DNA of 64,000 nt from an uncultured Gemmatimonadota bacterium (GCA_903893785.1 CAITNQ010000344.1:3451-67450), one strand, 5' to 3'; positions 29,201 to 36,847 are shown, counted from the stretch's first letter. Numbers and translations: made by a program. The notes: a model not told the origin generated them from the letters alone.

Positions 29201-30463
29201 CGCGAATCACGGCGCAGCGCTTCGTTGGCGGCCAACGCCCACTGGCGTCGGTGGAGTGCGCGCAGTTCGGTGGAACGCACCCGCGGCGAACGCGCCGGCA
29301 TCGACCGCAGCAGCACCATCGTCGGCAGCGGGTTGGAGATGGCGGCCACGCGCTGGCTGAGGTTAAGTGCTCAGCGGGATCAAGCGCGCGGCGCCCAGGA
29401 CATCACCTATCGTCCCAGCCTCAACCGCCTGCAGGCCCGGCTAACGCCGACCGCGGGCGTGGACGTGGTGGCCGAGCACTCGTTTGCCGATGGCGGGCTC
29501 ATCGACTCCAGCTGCACGCGCGTGGGGCTGCAGTCGCGCCTGGGCGACCAGACGACAGCCTACGCGAGTTACCAGCTGGACGGAGTCGCAGGCGCGGCCA
29601 GGAACGAGGCCATCGTGGGCCTGCGGCATCGCTTCCGACCCGCTCCAGCCGTGTCCCTGACGGCCGGTTTCGAGCGCCTGCAATCCCTCCGTGGCTCGCG
29701 CGCCAATGACTCGCACGCCTGGAACCTGGCGGGCGAGTATCTGCCACCCGAGACCTTCAAGGGCAGCGCCCGGATCGAGCGCCGGCAGGGCCGCACCCTC
29801 GCCAAGACCGTGGCTTCGGCCGCCGGAGAGGTGGCGCTGACCACGCAATTGTCGCTGTTGGCCAAGCAGACGCATCTGCGCGAGCGGTCGTTTTCGGGCG
29901 CGACCGCTACCGTGCGCCGCGATGGGCAGGCACTGGCGGGGTTGGCATGGCGGGGCGGCGCGACCGGTCGCTTGACGTCCCTGGGCAAGTACGAGTGGCG
30001 GTCCCAATACCTGCCGGCGGCCCGTTCGAGCGCTGACCGCACGGTCCATGTCGGTGGCCTGGAGACCGTCCTGCGCCTGGACCGCAGGACCGAGGTGTTC
30101 GCCCGCTATGCGGCCAAGATCGCCACGGCCCGCATCAACGGCGCTGCCGCGCGCACGCTGACCGATCTGTGGGTCGGCAGCGTGCGCCGCGAGTGGGCCG
30201 ACACCTGGGACGGTCAGGTGGACTACCGGCTGCTGTCGCAGCACACGGCGCACGATCGCACAGTGGGGGCCGCCCTCGAGTTGGGCCGGGTCGTGCCCGG
30301 CGGGGCCCGGTTGGCCTTGGGGTACAACCTGGCCGGGTACCACGATGCGGACCTCGCCGGGCCTGACTACTGGGGTCTGGGCCCGTACATGAAGCTGCAG
30401 GCCTCGATCACCGAGGCCGGCGTCGGGGCGCTTCTGGATGGCCTCCGGTCGTGTTGGCGCTGA
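23255..30463 (+). CDS. Giant (2402 aa) secreted multi-domain surface protein with Ig-like / carboxypeptidase-regulatory-like / DUF11 / SdrD-B-like repeats, an internal OmpA-like peptidoglycan-binding domain, and a C-terminal beta-rich (barrel-like) region
   Basis: ORF 23255..30463. Signal peptide ..LLTAGWMAVVGAALPARAQ. GRYDFEGLDPGDYTVRV (CarboxypepD_reg-like). VGDVVGFRLVVTNHSAADSLCQVTITDDLPTGFGLVPGS (DUF11). GQVWLDSNGNGLPDPSE..GRYALP (SdrD B-like). OmpA block at about 26800-27130: FASGAAHL..VTGHTDSIPIG..NQALSVARARAV..NRRAEIVAV. The last ~800 aa are alternating-pattern beta-strand-like and end ..LALGYNLAGYHDADL..YWGLGPYMKL. Confidence 0.85.
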   Translation: MLGKHSPWCLPALLTAGWMAVVGAALPARAQTSRVEAITNQVSVTARGADGVRVEAWSNRVSTLRLDTATVATAEPRRLDQPARLLGGEDLSIAVTEPAAAADPVRPDTLVVVVTDEATGEREPVVLVETEANSHQFAGVLSTWYGDGPSTDGDGVLWVRAGEVLLTRSPAPATPEPLPELTARTQVGGTLLDLVPNPAVLVANGSDTAVLTATVRDDTGRPLPDGYRVVFTAEQGHFPSGDRRVEVQTRGGSGQAVTVFTAPVLAASDTVRVRASFGGYDSANLRLEVIPGAVAVRLFDQQRNTTVTAEDTSVVAEVELSGTTVSGEPVTVRVALDRNGLFLVPTIPPGNYSMRVIVTDRATGVTVLDGAGQRIDVHADGSTTPPKNVVSGTVRGRSDTDGARYAGATVALVDEAGRVVATASLDAQGRYDFEGLDPGDYTVRVNTVEGDEFTVPVAPNCQSPGGVVLNADVLIDPFGRVFDAASHRPVAGASVALRTLAGEVLPIPLLAGDGARPNINNVNPFVSTEAGQYSFLFSGRQVGTVDNPAHYLMTVTPPAGSPYQPRTLQLEVAPVAEGSLTIRMGVTSADGLQISPADSYALTADPVVIPDIATVAVNVPAFARVPVLRLTHRAQPDTVGHDSLVAFELVIGNTGNETARDVVLVDSVRAALSVVDAPGCERPVGAASLAPTDSSLLHWHLGDLAPGQVDTLHFVARAQGSCGSVPNRVWVESSSGLAFHEEVRVVLRSWATPVVTKANTTPDSLLGQLVDYEIVVPPTPGIAGDLTVVDPLPPELQPDLTHTFPAPAYNATAHALVWSVPAAADSACHFFLRGRPRADLAPGEWRVSNTAQVRYGSTEVWSNATYGRLVVPYLGVDKSVDLNSVEVGDVVGFRLVVTNHSAADSLCQVTITDDLPTGFGLVPGSARLDSAVAAPVSRRHGQVLWRLGDVPARQARVLTYLAVAGAGSPVATASAGATAAAVTPGGLPLSATASAPGLKVRGPAFASDEAILGQVWLDSNGNGLPDPSEAPLGGVVLLSADGTRVITDPRGRYALPQAGAGDHVLRLLPPSGPVSWAPASGGTRAAGDPWTRWVQVPVSGLAVADFPCVSAGPGRLATVSVPDADVAAPDPAVALAAPLPIPAAPPASVGDTAATGATAASLVPLAQATPSGPGAAGERPRAIGSVHFASGAAHLDAAAVERLTALLPLLRGAQIDSVLVTGHTDSIPIGRAPFADNQALSVARARAVEGWLVAHGTDSTRITSGGLGDALPVASNRTSRGRQANRRAEIVAVAGHVGVAPAPTGGSGGVPTAFAAPAAGATAAPLTAAAAASAPRMPSVVAGAPTSPMSAPVAAADARATGANRRNPGQVEAPKADSGAVAPVVPSSSARRPITAPVPRVRRRPPGALVWIQSPADSSVSSRDRLAVIADGLVGVPMHLSLNGQLLATQTVRADGRADFLNVPLPAGPATLAVTQTLAGARVVSDTVHVHVVGAAAKVCVEASPAQLPADSLSRAEVCVQVFDAWGLPLEDGQMVTLHLDQGSIVTPDPYPDEPGTQVPLRRGTAVVQVRSPATAGQGRLQAEVGGLTAETHLHYATPYQRLVLLGLASVQAGWRSGRSAAPGAEAAHPSSGGGYATGRAGLFAKGMVARGVLLTSSYDSRRRTEPALGQQVAPEQGYPVLGDASSVMYQAPSASRLFLRLERDRDFVQYGDLATDLGQTELNLYRRAFTGWYLGRQQRGYGLRAFGARTAQTAQVDQIPGEGISGAYYLSAVQRGAGVVAGSEHIVIQTRDRLHPDVVLAEQTQYRFVDYDIDYARGTLLFKQPVPSRALGEQPVFIVATYEADRAVQQRAVAGGRLVLGRREAWQLGGTVVGEQRVGGDYRLSGLDIRGPLAGNTVITGELSRAGVNGSGWAWKAAAEGRPRRCLGYEVSYRDVGLDFANPSSASARAGTRTARGRANWTPWRGASLTGEAFDTRDQANRESRRSASLAANAHWRRWSARSSVERTRGERAGIDRSSTIVGSGLEMAATRWLRLSAQRDQARGAQDITYRPSLNRLQARLTPTAGVDVVAEHSFADGGLIDSSCTRVGLQSRLGDQTTAYASYQLDGVAGAARNEAIVGLRHRFRPAPAVSLTAGFERLQSLRGSRANDSHAWNLAGEYLPPETFKGSARIERRQGRTLAKTVASAAGEVALTTQLSLLAKQTHLRERSFSGATATVRRDGQALAGLAWRGGATGRLTSLGKYEWRSQYLPAARSSADRTVHVGGLETVLRLDRRTEVFARYAAKIATARINGAAARTLTDLWVGSVRREWADTWDGQVDYRLLSQHTAHDRTVGAALELGRVVPGGARLALGYNLAGYHDADLAGPDYWGLGPYMKLQASITEAGVGALLDGLRSCWR

Positions 30464-30481
30464 ACCGGCGCCGCCGCCGGT
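30464..30481 (+). terminator. Candidate bidirectional terminator hairpin (ACCGGCG-CCGC-CGCCGGT) followed by GGTTTG
   Basis: Read directly, immediately after the TGA of the 2402-aa gene and between convergent ORFs. The T-tract is short. Confidence 0.4.
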
Positions 30482-30572
30482 GGTTTGCCAACGGGAGAGC
30501 GGGGACGGCCGCTGCCGCCGGGCCGAGGCTCCCGCGGTGGGACGGTACCTTCAGCGTCTACGCCGGCCTGCC

Positions 30573-31055
30573 TCAAGGCGCCGTCAATCCGAACAGGCCG
30601 TAGGGGTCGGTGCGCAACCAGTCAGCATACAGACCGACCATGGCTCGGGCGGGGAACAGGAGCGCCGTGGCCGCACCGAAGGTGCCCTTCCGCACCCATC
30701 CGCGTCGGTCGGCCTCGGCGGCCACCTTGGCCCAGGCATCCGCCAAAGGCCTTTGTCCGGGGTCTTCCCACTGGACGTACCCGTCGCTGCTGGGGTAACG
30801 CTGCTGCATCCACTCCGGCAAGCGCGAGCGCTCGACCACCCCGGGTGGAAGGCCCACCTGCGCCTCGGCCATGTGCATGCTGGAGCAGCGGTGGATGTCC
30901 ACGCCGGTAAGCAGCGCGAGACCGTCGGCGGCCAGCAACTGGCCGCTGGCGGCTGCCGTTGCCGCGCCGCCATTGCCAGCGGGACCGGCGCGGGACGCCC
31001 ATCGCGCGGGCCCTGGCGTGCGTGGCCAGACGTATGTCAGTAGCTTACTCGCCAA
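30573..31055 (-). CDS. Hypothetical protein
   Basis: ORF 30573..31055. The C-terminal 100 aa have a balanced composition (LPEWMQQRYPSSDGYVQWEDPGQRPLADAWAKVAAEADRRGWVRKGTF..YADWLRTDPYGLFGL), unlike the competing frames. No family was recognised, and the start is uncertain. Confidence 0.35.
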   Translation of the reverse strand: MASKLLTYVWPRTPGPARWASRAGPAGNGGAATAAASGQLLAADGLALLTGVDIHRCSSMHMAEAQVGLPPGVVERSRLPEWMQQRYPSSDGYVQWEDPGQRPLADAWAKVAAEADRRGWVRKGTFGAATALLFPARAMVGLYADWLRTDPYGLFGLTAP

Positions 31056-31169
31056 GCTCCCGGCCGTCTACCAGGTTTTCGCGGCATCCGGCGGCCGGGC
31101 CGATGGCCTGGCGCTGCGGACGGTGCGACGCGCGCTGAGGCCGCCCGACGGCGCCACCCAAGGATAACC

Positions 31170-31979
31170 GTGATGCACGCCATCGCCCAATTCCGACGCC
31201 GCCTGAGCCAGGGTGAGGTGCTCATCGGCGCGTCCGTGACGTTCTCCGATCCGCTGGTTACCGACGCCCTGGCTGATTCGGTCGACTTCCTCTGGATCGA
31301 CAACGAGCACTCGCCCATGGCCCCGGAGGTGCTCAGCGGCCACCTGCTGGCCGCACGGGCGCGGCGCAAACCTGCCATTGTGCGCGTACCGTCCGCCGCC
31401 GTGCCGCACCTGAAGGGAGCCCTGGACAGCGGGGCCGAAGCCGTCGTGGTGCCTCAGGTCAGCACGGTGGACGAGGTCCGCCAGGTGGTCGACACCTGCC
31501 GGTACGACCCCCTCGGCCACCGCGGCTACGGGCCCCGCGTACCGTCCAACTACGGCCGCGATGGCGGGCGCGACTACGTCGACCGGGCCAACGCCAATGT
31601 CTTTGTCGCCGTGCAGATAGAGACGCAGGCAGCCTATCTGGCCCTCGACGAAATCCTGGCTGTCCCCGGACTGGATTCGCTGGTCATCGGCCCGTGGGAC
31701 CTGTCGGGCGCCCTGGGCCACCTGGGTGAGGTCGAGCATCCTGAGGTGGTGCGCGCCATCGAAGACATCATTGCTCGCACCCGGGCTGCGGGCCTGGCCA
31801 TTGGCGCCGGCATGGGGGCCGACCCGAGCTATGCCTGCCGGATGGCCGAGCGCGGTATTCAGTGGCTGCAGGTGGGCAATGACTTCAGCTACATGATCGC
31901 CCACGCTGATCAGGTTGGGAGTGTGGTTCGCCAACACCTGCAACCGGCGCGGTGCGGGCGCGAAGGAGGCAACGCATGA
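31170..31979 (+). CDS. HpcH/HpaI-family 2-keto-3-deoxy-acid aldolase
   Basis: ORF 31170..31979 (GTG 31170 / ATG 31173). Motifs: DFLWIDNEHSP, VRVP, GAEAVVVPQV, YDPLGHRGYG, VAVQIET, LVIGPWDLS. Confidence 0.9.
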   Translation: MMHAIAQFRRRLSQGEVLIGASVTFSDPLVTDALADSVDFLWIDNEHSPMAPEVLSGHLLAARARRKPAIVRVPSAAVPHLKGALDSGAEAVVVPQVSTVDEVRQVVDTCRYDPLGHRGYGPRVPSNYGRDGGRDYVDRANANVFVAVQIETQAAYLALDEILAVPGLDSLVIGPWDLSGALGHLGEVEHPEVVRAIEDIIARTRAAGLAIGAGMGADPSYACRMAERGIQWLQVGNDFSYMIAHADQVGSVVRQHLQPARCGREGGNA

Positions 31980-33025
31980 CCGCTGGACGCGCATTTGACC
32001 CCGCCCGGCTGCGCCAGCTGGGCACGCGCCTTCTGGTGGCTGTGGGCGCGCCCGAAGACGAGGCGCAGATCGTCGCCGAGGAGTTGGTGGAGGCCAGTCT
32101 GATGGGACTGGACTCCCACGGCGTGATCCGCCTAGTCCAATACGCCAACGACGCGCGCGCCGGCAAGATCCGGCCAGGCGCGCCCGTCGCCATCGTGCGT
32201 CAGACGCCAACCACCGCCGTGGTCGACTGCGGCCTCAACTTTGGACCGGTGACCGCCCGCCGCATGGTGGCCATTGCCACCGAGAAGGCCCGCGCCGCCG
32301 GCCTGGCCTGTGTCGTCAGCCAGAACGGGCAGCATGTCAGCCGCCTGGGTTCGTATACGCAGAAGCTGGCCGAAGGCGGCCTGGTCGGGCTGGCCTTCGC
32401 CAACAGCTCGCGACACGGCCACTGGGTGGTGCCCTGGGGCGGGCGCGATGGCCGCCTGGCCACCAATCCGCTGTCCTGGGCCGTACCCACCCACGGCGAT
32501 CCCATCGTCATGGACATGTCCACCTCGATGATTTCCGAAGGCAAACTGCGCGTCCTGCGCAACCAGGGGCGACCGGCTCCGGTCGATGCCATCCAGGACG
32601 CCGACGGCAATGCCACCACTGACCCGAACCAGTTCTATGGACCGCCGCGCGGTACCATTAGGCCCTTGGGCGGCCCGGTGGGGTACAAGGGCTTTGGCCT
32701 GGGCCTGCTGGTAGAGATCATGGGCGGGTGTCTGGCCGGCAACCGTACGTCCGACGACCTGCCTTACGTCAATGGCCTGTGCCTGCTGGCCATTGACCCG
32801 GGCCCGTTGGCGGGAGGGCCATCGTTCGTCGGCCTGATGGACGACCTGGTCGCGTATGTGGGCAGCAGCCGGCCGGCGCCGGGCAGCAGCGAAGTGGTCC
32901 TGCCGGGGGCGCTGGATTTCCGCACGCGTCAGCAGCGGCTGCAGACGGGCGTGCCGCTGGACGATGAAACCTGGGGGCAGTTGCAGGAAGCCGCGCGGCA
33001 ACTGGGCGTCGCCGTCCCTGACTGA
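31976..33025 (+). CDS. Ldh_2-family (malate/L-lactate/sulfolactate/ureidoglycolate-type) NAD(P)H-dependent dehydrogenase
   Basis: Part of ORF 31952..33025, from ATG 31976 (GGAGG upstream; ATGA overlap with the aldolase stop). Motifs: LVEASLMGLDSHGVIRLVQY; ANSSRHG; GYKGFGLGLLVEIMGG. Confidence 0.85.
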   Translation: MTAGRAFDPARLRQLGTRLLVAVGAPEDEAQIVAEELVEASLMGLDSHGVIRLVQYANDARAGKIRPGAPVAIVRQTPTTAVVDCGLNFGPVTARRMVAIATEKARAAGLACVVSQNGQHVSRLGSYTQKLAEGGLVGLAFANSSRHGHWVVPWGGRDGRLATNPLSWAVPTHGDPIVMDMSTSMISEGKLRVLRNQGRPAPVDAIQDADGNATTDPNQFYGPPRGTIRPLGGPVGYKGFGLGLLVEIMGGCLAGNRTSDDLPYVNGLCLLAIDPGPLAGGPSFVGLMDDLVAYVGSSRPAPGSSEVVLPGALDFRTRQQRLQTGVPLDDETWGQLQEAARQLGVAVPD

Positions 33026-33038
33026 CAAAGGCCTGGCC

Positions 33039-33956
33039 ATGGTCATCGATGTCCATACGCATGTGTTCCCCTGCCTGGCCGGTCGGGTGGGTGCGGGACC
33101 GGTTACCGGGATCTCCTACGGCCGGGCCCGCATTGGCGACCAGCCCACGCAGTTGCTGCCGCCGTTGGCCGAAACCCTGGCCTTCCCATCGCCGGCGTTG
33201 ATCGCTCACCTGGACTGGGCTGGCGTGTCCCGGGCGGTGCTGCTCCAGGGCCCATTCTATGGCGAGTGCAATGCCTATGTGGCCGAGGCCGTGCGCCGCT
33301 ACCCCGAGCGCCTGGTCGCCGCTGCCTGTATTGACCCTTGGGGGCAGTCGCGGGAGCAGCTCGAGGCCCTGGTGACCGCGCCCGAGTTCCGCGCTGCCAA
33401 GATCGAGTTCAGCGTGCCCAGCGGCCTGTGCGGGCTCTACCCCCAGGCGCGGTTGGGCGCTCCGGACCTGACCTGGCTGTGGCGTGACCTGGCCGCCCAT
33501 GGCAAGCGCCTGGTCCTTGACCTGGGCACGGCGGGTACGGCGGCGTACCAGACTGGGGCCGTGCGGCGGATCGCCGAGGCCCACCCTGACCTGCGCGTGA
33601 TCATTGCTCATCTGGGCCAACCGCGACCGCAGGTTCTTGCCACCGCGGCCCTGCGGACGGCCTGGGAAGAGCAGATCGATCTGGGGCGGTTGGCTAACGT
33701 GTGGTTCGACAGCGCGGCGCTGCCGGCCTATCTGCCCCAGGAGACCGTTCCCTTTCCCACGGCCGCGGAATACCTGCGTCGCGCCTGCGACCGGATCGGT
33801 GCGGCGCGGATCATGTGGGGGTCGGACATCCCTGGGTTGCTGACCTGGGCCACGTACCCGCAACTGGTGCAGATGGCGCGTGCGCACAGCGATTTCATGA
33901 CCGCGTCGGAGCAGGCCGCTTTCCTGGCGGGTACGGCCCTGCAGGTCTGGGGCTGA
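33039..33956 (+). CDS. Amidohydrolase_2-family metal-dependent hydrolase
   Basis: Part of ORF 32856..33956, from ATG 33039. Motifs: VIDVHTHVF, IIAHLG, MWGSDIP. Confidence 0.85.
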   Translation: MVIDVHTHVFPCLAGRVGAGPVTGISYGRARIGDQPTQLLPPLAETLAFPSPALIAHLDWAGVSRAVLLQGPFYGECNAYVAEAVRRYPERLVAAACIDPWGQSREQLEALVTAPEFRAAKIEFSVPSGLCGLYPQARLGAPDLTWLWRDLAAHGKRLVLDLGTAGTAAYQTGAVRRIAEAHPDLRVIIAHLGQPRPQVLATAALRTAWEEQIDLGRLANVWFDSAALPAYLPQETVPFPTAAEYLRRACDRIGAARIMWGSDIPGLLTWATYPQLVQMARAHSDFMTASEQAAFLAGTALQVWG

Positions 33957-34074
33957 GCCCGCTGTCGCCCGGGCCCGGCATGCCGACGGACGCCGACCGG
34001 CGCCGAGCCTGCCGGGGTTCCCAGGGCCCACTGCTGCGCTTCCCGTGCCCACCCATTGATGGAGAAGGGATCCG

Positions 34075-34965
34075 ATGGACAAGCTGATCATCACCGTTAC
34101 CTGCGACTGCACCATGGCCTACCCCAGCAACCCGCACAACCCCACCCCCAAGGGGTACGGCGAAGTCGCGCGTGAGTATGTGCGCAGCGTCGAGGCGGGT
34201 GCTTCCATCTGTCACCTCCATGGGCCCTACACCATCGACGCGACGATCCAAGCCGATGGAACTCGCCTGTCAGACCTGGACATCCCTGGCTGGGCGGCTT
34301 TTCGCCAGGACATCCTCGACGGGTGCGGCAGCACTCGGCCCATCATGCAATACGGCATCGCCAACGGTCGCTTCCCGCAGCGCCGGGAACTGATGAAGGA
34401 CCAGCGACCGGAGATGATCTCAACCTGTTTCAACCCCCACGATGAGTGCTTTGACTACGAGCCAGGTCGTGAACCGGTGGAGCTGTACGGGCTGCACAAC
34501 CGCCCCGAGTTGGAGGAGTACTGCCGGACCACGGCTGCTTTGGGTGTCAAGATCGAGGCCGAGTGCTTCCACTATGGCGGGGTGTGGAACGCCCAGCGCA
34601 TGGTGCAGAAAGGGCTCCTCAAGGCCCCGGTGTGGATCACCTTCTTCCTCGGTTGGCGGGGCGGCAGCTACACCCCACCCACGGTCGAAGCCATGCTGTA
34701 CAATCACCACCATCTGCCCCCGGGGTTCATGTACAACACCAGCGTCATGGATCCCGAGCTCCAGTGGCCCATCCTCACGACGGCTATCATCCTGGGTGGC
34801 CATGTTAGGGTCGGCATGGAGGACAACCCTTACGTCACCCGCGGGCAGTATGCCCGCAGCAATGCCGAACTGGTCGACAAGATCGTCCGCATCGCCCGCG
34901 AACTGGGGCGGGACGTCGCCACCCCTGAGGAAGCGCGGGCCGTGATCTGGCCTCAGGACTGCTGA
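34075..34965 (+). CDS. BKACE / DUF849 family beta-keto acid cleavage enzyme (3-keto-5-aminohexanoate cleavage enzyme-like)
   Basis: ORF 34075..34965, with GGAGAAGGGA upstream. Sequence: MDKLIITVTCDCTMAYPSNPHNPTPKGYGEVAREYVRSVEAGASICHLH. Confidence 0.8.
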   Translation: MDKLIITVTCDCTMAYPSNPHNPTPKGYGEVAREYVRSVEAGASICHLHGPYTIDATIQADGTRLSDLDIPGWAAFRQDILDGCGSTRPIMQYGIANGRFPQRRELMKDQRPEMISTCFNPHDECFDYEPGREPVELYGLHNRPELEEYCRTTAALGVKIEAECFHYGGVWNAQRMVQKGLLKAPVWITFFLGWRGGSYTPPTVEAMLYNHHHLPPGFMYNTSVMDPELQWPILTTAIILGGHVRVGMEDNPYVTRGQYARSNAELVDKIVRIARELGRDVATPEEARAVIWPQDC

Positions 34966-34977
34966 GAGGGCGCCTCC

Positions 34978-35799
34978 ATGCCGCGCATCAACGCCGTCAG
35001 TTTCCACCAGGACCCGGGTCTCGAGTCCATCTGCCGCCGGATCCGCGCCGCGGGTTTCGATTCCATCGAGATGTCCCGGCCGCCCTTCTACGATCGCCTG
35101 ATTACCCGCGGCACGCGGCAGCGATTCGCGGCCTGGGCCGGCGAACAGGGACTGGCTCTCTACGGCTTTGACTGCTGGGTGGAGGTGGATCCCTATGCCG
35201 CCCGCGGTGACACGCTGGCGGGCTTCCGCCAGGCCGTGGCCTGGGCCGCCGACCTTGACCTGGGCATGCTCATCACCCACGATCCGTGGGCCAGGATCAA
35301 CGGCACGCGGTCACCGCGGCAGTGCCTGTCCGCCACCCTGGAGCTGTTCCGGCCGGTAGCCGATGACTGCCTGGCGGCCGGCCTGCAGCTGACCTTTGAG
35401 CCCCACCCGGACACCTTGAGCATGGACAATGGCTGGGCCGTGGATTTCATTGACGCCCTGGCCGAGGGGCGGCCGCCCGGGGCCGTTGGCCTGATCTACG
35501 ACTTCTGCCACTATGGTGTCGGGCAGCGGGGAGACGCGGTGGCCAGTATCGACGTCCTTGGGACCCGGATCCGGCATCTCCACGTGGCCGACGGCGACCA
35601 GCAGACGTACGCCCTGCACCTGCCGCTGGGCGACGGCTGCATTGATCTGGAAGCCACCTTCGCGGCCCTGCAGCGCGTGGGTTTTGACGGCACCCTGACC
35701 AATGATCTGTTCAACTACCCACTGCTGGACGACGGCGCCCGGCGCAACGCGGCAGCCATTGCCGCGGCTGAGCAGCGGTTGGGCCTGGCGCGGCCCTGA
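34978..35799 (+). CDS. Xylose-isomerase-like TIM-barrel protein (sugar phosphate isomerase/epimerase family)
   Basis: ORF 34978..35799. Motifs: GFDSIEM, LITHDPW, LTFEPHP, HLHVADGD. Confidence 0.8.
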   Translation: MPRINAVSFHQDPGLESICRRIRAAGFDSIEMSRPPFYDRLITRGTRQRFAAWAGEQGLALYGFDCWVEVDPYAARGDTLAGFRQAVAWAADLDLGMLITHDPWARINGTRSPRQCLSATLELFRPVADDCLAAGLQLTFEPHPDTLSMDNGWAVDFIDALAEGRPPGAVGLIYDFCHYGVGQRGDAVASIDVLGTRIRHLHVADGDQQTYALHLPLGDGCIDLEATFAALQRVGFDGTLTNDLFNYPLLDDGARRNAAAIAAAEQRLGLARP

Positions 35800-35824
35800 G
35801 CCGCCCGAACCCCGGAGCGTAGCG

Positions 35825-36847
35825 ATGAAAGCTGCGGTGCTGAAGGCCATCGGCGAGCCCCTGCAGGTGCGCGAGGTGCCGCTCCCCGAAGTGGGCCCCG
35901 ACGAGGTGCTGGTGCAGACGCGCACCTGCGGCATCTGTCGCACCGATCTGCACATCCAGGATGGGCTGGCCTATGTGCCCTCATTGCCCCACGTCCCGGG
36001 CCATGAGCCGGCTGGTGTCGTGGCGACCGTGGGCGAGCGCGTGGCCACGGTCGTGCCGGGGCAGCGGGTGGTACCGCATCTGTTCGTCACCTGCGGCCGA
36101 TGCCGCGCCTGCCGTGCCGGTGACCAGGCCCAGTGCCGGCAGCCGGACGGCATTATCGGCGTGACCCGGGCGGGCGGATTCGCGGAGTACTTCGTCGCCC
36201 CGGCCCGGAACCTGGTGCCGATTCCCCCCGGTGTCGATGACGGCGCGGCGGGCCTGACCAGTTGCGCGGCCATCACCGCCGTGCACGCGTACCGCCGCGC
36301 GCCGGTGGGTGTGGGGCAGACTGCAGTGGTCCTGGGCGCGGGCGGCATTGGCCTGATTTTGGTGCAGTTGCTCAAGCGCGCCGGCGCCCGCGTGGTGGCC
36401 CTGAGCCGTTCGGCACCCAGTCGCGACCTGGCACAGCGTCAGGGCGCCGACGAGTCGCTGCCCTTGGGCGACCCGGAGATCGTCGACCGCGTGCTGGCCC
36501 TGACCGAGGGCGAGGGGGCCGACTGCGTTTTCGAACTGGTCGGCCTGGCGCACACCATGGGCGTGGCAGCAGCCTGCACGGCTCGAGGCGGTCGCCTGGT
36601 GGTGATCGGCGAGGAAGCCGAGCACCCGGCGGTGGACACCATCACCATCGCCCAGCGCGAACTGGTGCTGTGCGGGTCGCGCAATGGGGGCCTGCAGGAC
36701 GCCGCCGACGCCATGGCCTGGATGGCTAGCGGAATCATCCGGCCACTCATTGACCGCCGCTTCCCCCTCGATGAAATCAACGCGGCACTGGACTACGTCC
36801 GCTCCGGCGCTGCCCATGGACGGGTCGTCATCGAGGTGCCGGGATAA
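35825..36847 (+). CDS. Zinc-dependent alcohol/polyol dehydrogenase (MDR family)
   Basis: Part of ORF 35702..36847, from ATG 35825. Motifs: MKAAVLKAIGEPLQVREVPLPE; CGICRTDLH; GHEPAGVV; CGRCRACRAG; VLGAGGIGL. Confidence 0.85.
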   Translation: MKAAVLKAIGEPLQVREVPLPEVGPDEVLVQTRTCGICRTDLHIQDGLAYVPSLPHVPGHEPAGVVATVGERVATVVPGQRVVPHLFVTCGRCRACRAGDQAQCRQPDGIIGVTRAGGFAEYFVAPARNLVPIPPGVDDGAAGLTSCAAITAVHAYRRAPVGVGQTAVVLGAGGIGLILVQLLKRAGARVVALSRSAPSRDLAQRQGADESLPLGDPEIVDRVLALTEGEGADCVFELVGLAHTMGVAAACTARGGRLVVIGEEAEHPAVDTITIAQRELVLCGSRNGGLQDAADAMAWMASGIIRPLIDRRFPLDEINAALDYVRSGAAHGRVVIEVPG

